A stretch of 63,461 bases of DNA, counting the filler, from Choristocarpus tenellus KU-1152 (lineage: Eukaryota > Protista > Phaeophyceae), in assembly GCA_964200185.2 (NCBI GenBank). It is 11 parts of 11 records of this genome, joined end to end, with 100 filler letters (N's around TTAATTAATTAA, not from the genome) between each part and the next. Parts side by side here need not be neighbours in the genome. Positions count along the whole stretch, not along the records: positions 34,098 to 43,062 come from CAXNAD020004157.1; positions 43,163 to 45,989 come from CAXNAD020024396.1; positions 46,090 to 51,142 come from CAXNAD020012028.1; 8 more parts are not named here. One strand, given 5' to 3'. The notes beneath the pieces were generated by a model. It did not search any database and was not told the origin of the DNA. It saw only the letters and a program-made list of their open reading frames with translations. Shown here one piece after another: positions 38,116-51,142 of the stretch (the stretch's first letter is position 1; each line of letters starts with the position of its first letter). A program made the translations under genes and the position numbers.

Positions 38116-41100
38116 TCTTCTTTTTTTTTTTTTTTTTCTCTTTTTTTTTTNNNNNNNNCCTTTCCTTTCCTCCCCCCCGCTTGCCCCCCCCCCCCCCCCC
38201 CCCCCTCCCCAATGTTAGTATTTCCAAACTTTATCGTTCTGGCAGATTTGCACGTTATCTTTACTTTTCCTTGTGTGCATGTATGAAACTAACTCTGACA
38301 TCATTTTTTGTCCTTGACCAGGAACAATCTAATGAAGAAGGAGGAGTCGAGCTTCCGTGAGGCCCGTGAGAAGCTTCTAGAAGACCTGGAAAGGCGTGTG
38401 AAGAAAGCCAAGGCCGACGTGGGGGCAGCGGCGGCAGAGCTCAACAGGGTTAAACAGTGTCTGGGGGTTGAGAAGATGGAGTTGACGCAGCTGAGGGAGG
38501 CGGGTTCGTCGATGGCGGAGCAGCTGGGGGCGGCTGAGAATGGACTGGCAGTTGCAGCAGAGGAGGCAGCTGTTCTCAAGGCTGCTACATCCGAGAAGAA
38601 GAGTCTCTATGAGGAAGCCAATGGTAAGAGAAGAAGGGGAAAAAAAGGAAGGCGAGGGGGGGGGGGGAGGCGGGAGGGGATGCAAGGGAGATTCCGTATG
38701 ATCTTTGTGATAAGATGGTTAAGGTTTTATGGTAGTTTTGTATGGTGCAGTGGTAGTGTTGATAGCGTTGAGAAGAGATGAGTTTTTTTTAATGTGAAGT
38801 GCTGTAATGGTGTGAGGTCTTTGTCCTGAGGATTGTTGTTGTATTGGTATTCCCAGTCTTCAAGGGGTTGTGTTTTAAGGAGATTTTAGTGTACTTTCTT
38901 TTTGTATTGAAGTTATAATAATAAGAAGAATTATACTAATACTAAATATGTGCACACTCTGTATGTTATTTTTTGTAAATGATTGGTTCTAAAAAATGTC
39001 ATTTGAACTCGGAACAAATATTTTAAAAAAAGGCAATTGGTTTCCGCCTAGAAGTTTCTTGGAAAAGGTAGTTTTCCTTGCTGTGTCAGAATTTGCTTTC
39101 TGAAGCAGATAGATTTTTTGAAGTGTTTCCCATTTTTTTATTGTAAGATTTGCCATCAGCGCACCGTAGCACTATGGCATTATATATGAACTTGAGGCGT
39201 CAGAAATTGTCTCTGGAGATGTGAGAAGACAGGTTGTGTGGTTGTATTTGCTGACAGGCATGTCCCGTTCCATCATAGAAAATGCTTAACTACCAAAAAA
39301 TACAGATCATTTCATAAAATGAAATGGTAAAATCTAAAAAACCACACTACTTCCCAGAGTAGCTCTTCACCAATACACTACTGTATAAAGTTCATGTAAT
39401 TATGGTAAAGATACAGTTTGGATCAAGGAGGGGTTATGAATTATAAAAAACCCACATACATTGTTCTTAGAATCAAATATTTTTGTTACTTTAAATTATG
39501 AAATATTTGTTTCCACGAGCGTGTGCTCACCGTGGAGACTTGATATATATATAGTTTTTTATGCAGCACTCCCCTCTTGGATAAACTCTTTAACGCACGC
39601 CTTCTTCGATTTAATTGAATTCCTCAAAATTAATTAATTGAGAGAGGTAGTTCTCACTAGCAGTCTTTGGTTCTCAACAATTGGTATGCAAGAGGCGTGC
39701 TTGGTATACAAACTGTAACTGTAACTGTAACTGTAACTGCGGTGCAATTCAGAGGAGTCCAACTGATTTGCTCTAGTGTTCCTCCCCTGGTTGTATTATT
39801 TATTTTTTTGCCTTTTTGCACTGTATCTATTTTCACTGTATCCTGCTGCCCTTGGTCGTGTCGAACGGCTCTCCCTCAGGTGAGCTGGAGTCACTAAAAG
39901 TTGAACAGGCGGAGCACGATTCTTCTCTTAAGGAACTTGCAAGGCGAAAGGATAAGGCGTCAAAGGTGTGCTATATACAACTGAACTGTTCTTGATTTGT
40001 TTTCATTTTTATCTGAGGCATGACTGTTTGCTTGAGGGGGTAATGTAGTACGCATACTCTTGGCTCAGGAGGATGTGTAGAAGTCTCTTGGCTGTGTGAA
40101 GGGACCTGGTGTGTGTGCAGGTTGACATCCACTGGTGGTTGCTTTACCGGTTCTGCATATGTTACATGTGTCTGGGTGTCTGGGTGTGCTGGGCCTGGTA
40201 TTTTGAAATAGAATGCCTCATCGTCAATTACTTGGGAGATCCTCTGCGCAAGCCCCCCTTTTTTTGGTATATAATGGGGTTGATAGTTATATTGAAGGCG
40301 TGAATGGGTTTTGTACTAGTGTGGGAACGAATGTTATCCTTTGGGTGTGACTAGTCCTCCCCCCCCCCCTCTTATCATATCAGTGCAGTAAAAGGCTCTG
40401 CTAAGGCGGCGCAGCAAGCAAGCGTGTGAGGTAAACTGACAAGTGGGCGAGGTTGAAAAATGGATGACAATTCTATTGGCCGAATGTGGGGTAAAAACAA
40501 AAAAGAGTTTCTATTTTTGCTACCGTCCGTACATATCTCGGAGTGTAAAAAAAAAATTGTACTTTTCTAAAAAAAACTATTTTTGCTACCGTCCGTACAT
40601 GTCCCGGAGTGTAAAAAAAAAATCGTACTTTTCTCAAAAAAAAATAAATCAGTTCTATTGTCGCTGACGGTGCAGAAGAACGAAAGAAGAGTGGTACTGT
40701 TTTTTTAACCCTGACCCTGACCCTAACCCTCACTCTTTTGACTCTTTTTGTCGGTACGCACCGCCTTCCATAAAAAAAAAGGTTCAGCGTACTGCGGAGC
40801 TGGACCTGAAGAAGGTGGATCACCGATTGAAGTCGTTCGTTTCAGAGAGGAAGAAGAGGGAAGGGTTCGTGAGGGTGATGAAGGACCAGCACCCGTGGAT
40901 AGAGGAGGAGCAGAAGCACTTTGGGGCCCAGGGGACGGACTTTGACTTTGCGAATGGAGATCCCGTTGCAAAGCAGAACCGCCTCAAGGAGTTGGAGAAG
41001 GAGCAGAAGGCGTTGGGCAAGAAGGTGAGTTTGGGGGAAGGCGTTTGGGTTGGGGTTTGGTTTGGTTTGGTTTTGATTTTATTTTTGTTTAGTCGGGGTG

Positions 41101-42950
41101 TAGATCTCTGATCGATGGGATGGGTTTGTTATGGGGATGGAAGGGGTGGTGCAGGTGCTGTGGTGTGTTAGTGTCTGGGTACATGATCTGTGTGTGGTAG
41201 GCTCTGCTATGATTTGTTTGTGTTGATAGTTTGTGAGGAAGAGGTTTCGAGTTAGATAAACATGTTTGTGATGCCTTTGTAGTATGGTGGAAGGTCTTGG
41301 TTTGATCGTGGAGTGAGATGTTGCTTGGAGTTTATTTGTGTTTTCTTTTCACCATATTTTACCTTTGCGGGCATGGAAGAGATATTGTGCAGGCTGTATG
41401 CACTATGTGATACTTAGGTGTTGTGTATTATGTGTTACATAATATGTGTTACGTATTGTGTGTAATGCATGGATATAAGGGTAGATCTCTACTGCAGACA
41501 TGGTGTATCTATCTGTGGGGGGAGATTGAGGGAAGGAAATTTCTTTATTCATTATGTAACTTGTGGACAAGGATTGAGTGGTACAGTCCTTCAAAAATAG
41601 GATGCAAACTGAGAATGGGATGCAAACATAGAATAGGATGCCACTTCAGAACAGGATGTAGCCTTAGAATAGGATGTATTGTGATTGTGGTTCTTAGTCT
41701 CTAAAGTTAGGTGCAAAGGAGGAGATTATCCTGTCAGTTGTGGTTTGTACTGGAATGAGCTGCCCAAATTGGAAGGGCAAAAAAGGAAAGAGAACCTAAA
41801 GTATAATAAAAAAAATATATATATATATATCAGTCAGTCCTTCGACAATGTCGTAAGAAAAAATATAAGAAATACCTAAAGTAGTTGTTTGGTTGTGTTT
41901 TGGTGACAGTGATGAAGGATCGACCAATCAGAAGGCTCCCACCTCACAAAATCCTTTTTGGGTTTGGCTGTATCTATTGTCTGCAATCGATGCAACTTCT
42001 TCCCTAATAATATAAATAATAATGGGTGTAAGGAAGAAGGGGACACGTTCTATTGTCTTAATGATGGTGGCCCTGACCCTGACCCTATCTATGCTGTGAG
42101 ATACCATTGGTGCATTGTTTTAACAGGGTTAGGACTATTGCTAGGATTAGGGTTAGCCTCTCTCTCCCTCTCGCCTTCCCTTGCCATAAGAAAACCCTGT
42201 ATAACCCTGTCTCCTTCTGCCGCACTAGTCCTGCCCATTCCCTCATCCCATCGTGCTTGTATCAATTCTGCTTCTCAATGCTTGTGGCGGGCTGTGTTGT
42301 GATGACAAAATAAAGATCAACAAGACACTGCTGAGTCAGCTGGATAAGACGGAGACACAGTACAAGGAACTAGTACACAAGAAGGAGGTCAGCTTTCTGT
42401 TTGTCCTCCCCTTTGGTAGTATGTGCAGCACTATGATATTATGGTTAGGGTTAGGGTTAGGGTTAGTGTGGTACGAAACAGTTACACGTTTTGATTTATT
42501 TTATACGATATTTTTTGTTTCTTCTGTTACATGAATGTTTAGGGCATTCCTAGCACTTCATACCCTCATTGCCATGCCTGACATTCAACTTACCCCCCTT
42601 GGAAGGCGATTGCTGTTTTGTCCAAATAAGTGTGAAATCGACATCTGGAGTGGTAGAAGCAGATGTGCTGTTTTCAGGGGCAGTCGAAGGACCCCCACAT
42701 ACTGGAAGACAACCTCCTGTTAGCTAGGAGGGCCCTCGGGTTTGCTACAGAGTCAACAAATGCATTCTATTCTATTGGTTAGGTTTAGCGAGGAGTCTTT
42801 TTGATTGGTCTAAGCCTCGGTTCTCGTGTTGCGTGTCCTTGGTTATCGCCGTCACACCTCGGTGTGTTTGGACAGGTTGTGGAGCAGGACAAGTGTAAGA
42901 TCCGGAAGGTGATTGACGAGCTAGATGAAAAGAAGATACAGGCCTTACAG
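34848..42950 (+). CDS. SMC2: Structural maintenance of chromosomes 2 (condensin), internal exons from the hinge C-terminus through the second coiled coil
   Basis: Exons 34848-35066, 36388-36569, 38322-38623, 39880-39965, 40782-41024, 42316-42387 and 42876-42950 join in frame. Motifs: VAFDK...TVTLDGD..EPQGTLTGGS, HPWIEEEQKHFG..GTDFDF, KKINK, VEQDKCKIRKVIDELDEKK. Confidence 0.92.
37636..37894. mobile_element. MITE subfamily A copy (opposite orientation) in an SMC2 intron
   Basis: gagtgaaagcatcttagagggt ... ccctaagatactttcaatc, flanked by GTA/GTA. The interior is the reverse-complement homolog of 26774-27032. Confidence 0.8.
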
Positions 42951-43681
42951 GTGGGTCGGATAGGGTGTTGGAGGAGTTACAGGAGTTGACACGGGATTCA
43001 GCGCGCGTGGACACACACACACATTAAAGAGCCAGTCCACACATTTAAGAGCCAGTCCACACNNNNNNNNNNNNNNNNNNNNNNNNNNNNNNNNNNNNNN
43101 NNNNNNTTAATTAATTAANNNNNNNNNNNNNNNNNNNNNNNNNNNNNNNNNNNNNNNNNNNNATCTATTGATTTCTAGTACCGTTATTCTTCCATGTAAT
43201 CCAGTAATGATCCCCCCTCCCCTCCCCCCCTCTCCCATCTAAACCGAATACTCCACCACTTGGTAGTGGTATGACTCCTGTTTTCTTTTTATTGAGTACT
43301 ACTTTTCGTCAGCACTCCTTCTCTTTCCGCATCACAGAGGACAAATCTCCGACCCCCACGCTTAGAAAGAATATAAAGCACCAAAACACAGACCATGCAC
43401 ATTCACTCACTTCTCTTCCTGCAGCGTAAGGTGGTGACTTGGAGAGCTTAGGGGAAAATAACCTGGGTCTTTCTCTACTTCCAGCTACTACTCCAAGTGC
43501 ACCCAATAGGCTGTTTGTTTGATGAGCAGACAAGCAAATAACACTAGCAAAGCAGCCCACCCACTAAAGAAATAGCACCGTTCTCTTTTGTTGTTGGCCT
43601 CAACCAATGTTCTAAAGTGAAGGGGATAAAAATAAAACTACGCAGAAATAAATACTACTACTACTATGTACTTAAGTGCTA

Positions 43682-44849
43682 CAGTGTTGGCAGTCACCTC
43701 CTGCATCAACTTTGTCGTGCCATAACTTTTGATGAACGACAATTTTTTTCATGAAGATTCGTTTGTTGTAATCGCATCAGCATGCTTAACCTTATTTGAT
43801 GGGTCTCGGTTGGTCAACTTACAGCAATCGTGAGAAATAAAGGACCATATTTAAATCAAGTAGTCCGCGCGAGCGGTTCGCACGTGGGTGTCACGCGTCG
43901 CGCGCGAACAGCGCATTGAAGGATGATTTTGACGCCTGAAGAGGTCATCTTCACGTGGAGAACATGGGCGTTGTTGTTTCTCCATTCTCTTTCCATTATT
44001 TCCCGTTTATGCGATGTTGTCATCTGCTCGCTAAGGCTCACTCATGGGGGCCCGGACCTCTGAACTAGACAATCCATGCCAATTCAAATGAAGTATTCTG
44101 AAGGTGCAGGCCTCCTGTGAGACTCAAATGTCTTGTACACCTTGTCCAATTTGGTGCACTCCATGCCTTTCTCGCTGGAATATATCAGGTGGTAAGCAAT
44201 GCTCAACCTGAAGAACCTCTCCATGATTACTCTGGACAGCCTCCCTTCCTCCTTAAGACTCACAGGATTGTTGACTCTCATCCCAGGTAACGTCTAGTCA
44301 CAGTGGCCTCGTACTAGTGCTTCGCCCGCCCCCAGACCATCTCTATCGGGTTCAATTCACAGTGAGTGGTACTTTGGAAGCATCAAGCAGTGTCCTATGA
44401 GACTCTCAACCAGAATCGTGTCCTGTGAGTGGCTTAAACAGTATTAAGCCGAGGTTAGCCCACGTACCGTTTTGGCGGGTACCAATCTTGATTTTTTTGG
44501 AAGGGTTGCGAATTAATCAACGATCAGCATATCAAATGAAAGCTCTGGACCTAAGCTATGATTGGTGCAAAGGAATTCTTTCGTAAATATGTTTGGTTGT
44601 GATATTTATTTTCGGAACATTTCCAAGGTTGTGCCGAAACCATTCGGTTGCGACGAAACCATTCGCTTAAACTTAAACTTTTCCAAATACTTTTCCAAAT
44701 ACTTTTCCAAAAAACTTACTTTGCACCAATAATAGCTTAGATCCAGAGCTCTCAGCTTTCATTTTATATGCTCATCTTTGTTTAACTCGTTGGGCAACCC
44801 TTTAAAAAAAAAAAGATTGGTCTCATCCTAGAGGCAACTGCCAACACTA
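43682..44849 (-). mobile_element. Non-autonomous IS630/Tc1/mariner element with TIRs, TA target-site duplication and a transposase C-terminal remnant
   Basis: TA|CAGTGTTGGCAGTCACCTC ... GAGGCAACTGCCAACACTA|TA. The minus strand encodes a decayed 'LPKYH..ELNPIE..WGRAKH..RGHCD' and 'RFFRLSIAY...KTFESHRR'. Confidence 0.85.
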
Positions 44850-46533
44850 TACAAAAATACTGATAGAAAAATACCTTTCACATTTATGACAAGCGTTACT
44901 TTTACAGGGGTTATGATGACATTGAGCTGGCTTTTCATTGGTTTTTTTCTGGCATATTTGAAAAATAATATTACAAAAATATTAAGGTGATACAACAGAT
45001 ATAACAATAAGAGAGTTTGTAACACAAGAAACAAAAAGTAAAGGAAATACAACAACTGTTGAAGAAGTTGATGTTTTTAACATTTGTGTATATATGAAGG
45101 TTTTGACTAATTCCTTATTGGGTTAAACATGTTGTAGATGAAGTAAGGAAGGAGAAAGGAGGAGTAAGTGTTCGAGAGCGAATGGAAAAGGGTTGTTGCA
45201 ACCAAATCAATCCTATTCTGTGCATCACTAATGACAAATCACAGATTACTTCCTACAATGTTTCCTATTCCTCAACTCTTCCATGTAACTGTTCCATACC
45301 TATTTCCTACTCTTCAGAAGAAAAACATATCCAGTTAGCTGGTCCCTCGGCCCATTCTCATTCAAATCAAAGCCTTCCTTCAATGGTAGAGGTGTTCTCT
45401 CCAGTATCGAGCAGATACTCTATCACTCCCTCAAGCATTCAGCCAATCAAACCAACTTGGATTCTCAACGCGCAATGCAACTCTCGAACTGCAAAAGACA
45501 CCAAGCATAACAATAAATTTAGAGTTTTGTGCTTCTTACAGAAAAGTCCTTCAGGTACACCACAAGAAATGTTTACTGTTTGTAGTGTATTTGGGAACAA
45601 GTAAACTAAAACAGAGCCAAAGCAAACGAGAGTTGCATTTTAAGGATGACCGCAAACGTATGCAACATTCGACTTTTTTTACAAATGCGTATAGGATATT
45701 TTCCGAATTGTGACTAAAACTTGAAATAATAGATAAATCAACCCTCTCAACTCAAACTTAACATTTCATCCATAGAAATATGGCTGAATTACAAAAGATA
45801 TAAAACTGGCCTACAATGCAAAACGACCAAAAACTGGGTACTTGTTTACTTTTGCTCAACAACTATACATTATGTTAATACTTGAAACTCCTCCTAAACT
45901 GATGGGTCAAAGTATATGGGGGGGGGGGGGCCGGCGTCCGTTTTTTGACCTGACGCTATGAAGGTGGTCTACAAGCAAGAGGAGAGGCCNNNNNNNNNNN
46001 NNNNNNNNNNNNNNNNNNNNNNNNNNNNNNNNNTTAATTAATTAANNNNNNNNNNNNNNNNNNNNNNNNNNNNNNNNNNNNNNNNNNNNACCCCAAATGG
46101 ACAGCCGCCACCCCCTCCCAGATACTTTGAGCCTTTTTCATGCCGTTTTTCCGTTTTCTGTGTGACACAGTTAAGAAAAATGTTTACAACTATGAAAGGT
46201 CTGTCCGGAGCAAGGATATTGACACTTGCTAACAAACACGATAGCCAAAATCCATCAAAATGATAACATTGGACTTATGACCCCGAACGGACGCAGTCCT
46301 ACCCTCTTAAATGCTTTGACTCAAGTATGTTCACCCTTCGTTGTAGAGTTTTAGCACCTTCAAACCATCAGAAAGGCAGGAAATTGCACAAGACTCCTGA
46401 CATATGCATAGGTTGTAAGGAATTGGTTCTGAGGTGTCCATGGCATCCCTATTTCGCTCTTCAATCTGATTGCTTCTGGTCCAAGGCAACAACAAAGGCA
46501 TAGCTACCTCATATACATGCACTTCAGTAAAAT

Positions 46534-49346
46534 AACCAAACTACGGTATAATACAGTTGTACAGCAAGAACCTGTTGTTTGGTCATGGACTTTGATGGTT
46601 TCGTCCTTTGAGGCAGTCACGATCAAGGGCAGGTTGCCTTCACCTCCCCCCCAGGGTAAGAAAGCACACGAAGTGGTATCATGTGTATGACCTGTAAACT
46701 CCTTGACAAGTCCACCAGTACGCAGATCCCACAGCTGACATAGTTTTCCAAAGTGTACATAGGGAAATTGAGGGTGGGCAGTACTGAAAACTTTGGAGTG
46801 GTCGAGTTTCAGGCTGTGTTGAGATAAGGAGATTGTGCATTCACCTTGTCTATTCCACTATGGAGTAAATGCTTGAAATGAACAGTAGCTACCTTTCTTA
46901 TAATACCTTTGCTTCGCAGCCCACACTGTTGAAGCCCTTACTGGATGTTAACACCTGCCTCCCATCAGCAGATACATCCAGACATATCTGAGTGCAAAAT
47001 ATGCAGGTGCAGGACCGAGAATAGCTAGGTGTGAGACCTTGGGGTACTACTCCAAGAAAAAAATCATGAACAAGTTTGATAATGTGGTGGGTAGGCTACA
47101 GGAAAATGAACTTTCGGATTATCTCAGTTCCATTGATTGATTGATTAACACATATTAGTCTGATGTATGATGTAATAGAGTAAAACTAATTGAGAGATAG
47201 GCAGGTTACGACCTTTTGCATTACAAGCCATCCTTCTTGACTTGTGCATGAGACGCTATTTCTTGGCTTTATGTCCACAATAGTGTACGCAAAATTAATA
47301 TCCCTCCTCTCCACACACAGAGTGATACCAAATTAGGAAAAAGTGGCTCTTTCTGCAAGGGTACGAAATGACATCTTCTTGCCCTTTCTCGAGATCCTTC
47401 AAATGCAACCCTGCCTACCGCTCAATTGGTTTGGCTCAATGGTAATTGAACATTTGTCATATATTTTTTGGCATTGCAACAATTCTCTTCTTAAGCAATG
47501 ACATTTCTGCACAACATTTCACGTGTTGATCAAAAATTGTGTGCTGCACAACACCAAATTATATGGTTGGTCAACGGTGTCGCAGGTGTGACATACAATT
47601 CCATCACATCAGCAACAGATGCTCATTCCATATGTGCGCAGCAAAAAAACCCTTCAAACTTCAGCATTCATTCACTGAGTACGTAGGGAGTGGAGAAATT
47701 TGGTTCACTTCTCTTTGCATCCATCAAGTGCACTGTGTTGACTGCCCTTTGCAATTCAAAACGTTACACACAAATGTATCCAGTCGTCAGCTGTTTCTAC
47801 ACACCAACAAGACAAATTCTTGTCTTCCTTCTTCCACACCCCTCAACTGATTTATTTTCATATTAAAACAGCATCATGAACAGGCAAGCCATTTTGGCGG
47901 CAACAATGAACGAGAAGTGGTATCAACAATATGAAGTTGGTGTGTCCACCTACCGGAAAGAAGGTGTACCCTCTCATGACCTGCACAGGGGATATCATTC
48001 CTTGTCGTGAATCCCACAACCTGAGTTGCAAGTCTTCACCCCCTTGGGCAATGCAGCTGTCGTCCCCTGAAAGAAACTTGAGACAGGTTACGAGGTTTCG
48101 TGGGGTCTTGGAAGATGTTGTGCACACTCCTATTGCCAAGTCCCACAGACATAGTTGTGTATCCCTGGAGCCAGAGCATAGTACCGTCTCAGCTGCAATA
48201 AATACAAGGAGGGCAAGGTAGTTGAAGAAAAGAACGGGTTTGGCAGAGAGTAAGTGACATAGAAGAACACATCCTAGACATTGCATATCGAAGTAGAGTG
48301 ATATATAAATTCACGTCTCACTGTTTGTTGCATTGGTCCATGTTTACCTGTGCTAAGCGATATTGCGCTGCATGTGAGAGTATGGCCCTCCATCGTTTGC
48401 AGCGCTGTAGGTCGTGACTTGGTCCATTGCCTAACTGTGGTGTCCCTTGAGCAACTGTAGAACATGTGAGTTTTTGGTCCATACAAGACACGATTGATAG
48501 GTTTGGAATGGCCTGTCCACATGAACAATTTCTTCAAGTTCCTGCATTCTTCCAGAACCAGTGTCTGCACAAGGAAGGTAGATCGGCAAGATATGTAAGT
48601 CCATGGAATCAGAAGAGGCGAACAACTTGTGGTTTGTGCGAAATGGAGGAAGATGCGATGGGTTCTTGTGCGAGGTTGTGAATAGGCGAAGGAAAGTTCA
48701 CCTTATCTTCACCGCAAGTTATAAGGTGGTCCTTGTTCACACTGTTTGACGGGGTTCAGGAAGGAGTATGATCAGCTGTATGCGAAGGAAAACAAGCTGG
48801 TGTGGAAAGTGTAATCTTTGAAAGGGGGTATGAAAAGAGACTACTATGAGCAGAGGGACAAGGCTCTTTTTGTTAGAGTAGTATATATAGTTACCAGCTC
48901 AAAAGTATCTGGGAGGGAGATGTCGGCTGTCCATTCGGGGCCCATTTCTCCAACTCGCGATTTTTTGGTGATTTGGTTGGATGCGTCGGATGGATAATGA
49001 AAATTCACTTCTCCTGATCAGGACCCGAATGGGCATGCTGGTGTAAACACACACACACACGCACGCACACGCACACGCACACGCACACGCACACGCAAAC
49101 GCACACACAGATACTTTGTGCCTACCCGAATTATTGTAGGCGTAATCGCACGCCTTCTTAATCGAAACAAATTCGTCTCCACCTTGCGATGCCAAGGATT
49201 GCACCCTTGTGAGGGGAAGGAGAGGAGGACAGCTGAAGACCAGGAATGATTTGGGCGTCTCCGCTTAATCCCACATAAGTGACAGCAATATCACCTCTGA
49301 TCTTAGAGTACTCTTGTCTACCTTCGCTTGAGTTGCAAACACCCAT
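46534..49346 (-). CDS. WDR31: WD40-repeat protein, WDR31-like
   Basis: Exons 49183-49346, 48702-48741, 48348-48564, 47954-48192, 46907-46987 and 46734 to ~46572 (3' end uncertain) are phase-consistent. Motifs: CSRDTTVRQW, SGSRDTQLCLWD, PRNLVTCL, GGEDLQLRLWDSR, DVSADG..LTSSKGFNSVGCEAKLWDLR. N-terminal MGVC. Confidence 0.75.
48896..49122. mobile_element. MITE subfamily B copy in WDR31 intron 1
   Basis: aaagtatctgggagg...gtccattcgggg ... cacagatactttgtgcc. Confidence 0.65.
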
Positions 49347-50559
49347 TGAACCATTGCAACGATCCTGTGTGTGATAGAATAGTAAAAAATATAGTTTGTT
49401 CCTAGGTGTCGATTCAGAAGTCAAGGAACAACCAATGGACGATTAGTAGTAATTATCAATTACACTGTTGCTGTATATTTTACAGTAGTCTTGTTTTCTT
49501 CCCTAAGATCTGGAAGATGTCGGTGATCACAAGATCATAATACTTGAAATTGCGAAACCGTGGTTGTAACGTCGAAGAAATTAGTTTGATCTTTTCCCCT
49601 AATAAAGACTGTGAAATTATACCATACTCAATCAGCCCCAGGAACTGGGAATCGTGGCCAGGAGATCTTCCCCCCTACCCTAACGATCCGGCCTTGAAGC
49701 ACAGTGTTTCCCTCAAACCTCGAAGAACCCTGCTTGGACATTGATTCGGGCGTGCTGCGTGCCTTCCTGAACCACGCTTGATTTTATCGCACGCACCTCG
49801 TGTGGAGCAACAACTCATTATTAGATAAATCACCGCCAGCCACTTGGAGACCGCCAGAATGCTCGCTTTGGCTTAAGGTCCAGATTCCCAGTTCCTGATC
49901 TCTTTGGCAATATGAAGTGTCCAGTAACTATGGCACCATTGAAACAAACTCGTGCAAATGTGTACCTCTATTCCAAAATCAATTATCAAAAACTGAAAAT
50001 GGGTCTCGAAAAAGCGAGGAACTCCTACGGGTACAAACAGCTTTCCTTTGAAGTGTATCAAATTCAGTCGTTATGGTGGCCATGTATATGTATACATTTG
50101 GGGTCTGGGCAGAGTAGGAAGACTCTGATTTTTGAAAGTGATGTTGGTGGTGAAGAAGATATATATACATACAGGCAATAACATTGTAGTCCAACTCTTA
50201 TCACAGTTTGAAGATGTATTCGCTAGAGAGCGTTTGTCTTCAGAACGTGGAATGCTGCACTACTTGCAAAACCGAGAATGTGTGTCGATGAACCCTCAAA
50301 ATATCACAACGTTCACTAGGTTACATACAATTAAGCTCTTCGAAGCATACACACTTCAAATGTATGATATACTCTGAAGTATTGTCATATATTCCTACTA
50401 CTTGCTGTTAATTTGCAGGTACTCGTAATGTAAGGGGGGGAGTATATCAAAAGTAGTGCCCTCGTTCTCTATGTATGAGACTGTCTGATCGAGTTCAGTA
50501 GATGATGCTTCTTCCCTCATTTCTGGAACGCTTTGTTCAGAACTATAATTTGACCAATA

Positions 50560-51142
50560 TAGTGTTGGTAGTCACCTCTAGGATGAGGCCAGTCTTGATT
50601 ATTTTTTAAAGGTTGGCCAACGAGTAAAACGATGATCAGCATATCGAACGAAAGCTCTTGATCTACGCTATCAATTTCCGTAAAAAGGAATCCTTTCGGA
50701 AAATTATTTTGGTAGCATTAAATTTTAACCGAATGATTTCGGCACAACCTTGAAAATGTTCCGGAATGAATTATCACGACCAAACATATTTTTCCGAAAG
50801 AATTCTTTTGCGAAAATCGATAGCCTAGATCCAGAGCTTTCATTTGATATTCTGATCGTCGATCAAATCGTTGGGCAACCTTTTAAAAAAAAATCAAGAT
50901 GGTCACCAACAAAACGGTACGTGGGCTAACCTCTGCTTAATAATGTTTAAAGCACTCACAGCACACGATTCTAGTTGAGCGCCTTGGAGGACACTGCTTG
51001 ATGATTCCAAAGTACCACTGTGAATTGAACCCGATAGAGTTTTTTCTGGGGGCAGGCGAAGCACTATGTACAAGGCCACTGTGACTACACGTTGCCTGGA
51101 ATGAGAGGCAACATTCCTGTCTGTCTTAAGGAGGAAGGGGGG
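50560..51142 (+). mobile_element. Second copy of the non-autonomous Tc1/mariner element, truncated by a gap
   Basis: Starts TA|TAGTGTTGGTAGTCACCTC and is the reverse-complement homolog of ~44240-44849. Encodes 'MIPKYHCELNPIE' and, after a frameshift, 'WGQAKHYVQGHCDYTLPGMRGNIP'. Confidence 0.85.

Noticed and set aside
41596-41680. 18-bp minisatellite giving 'RIGC' peptide repeats
   Set aside because: Lies within an SMC2 intron; a simple tandem repeat with no splice support.
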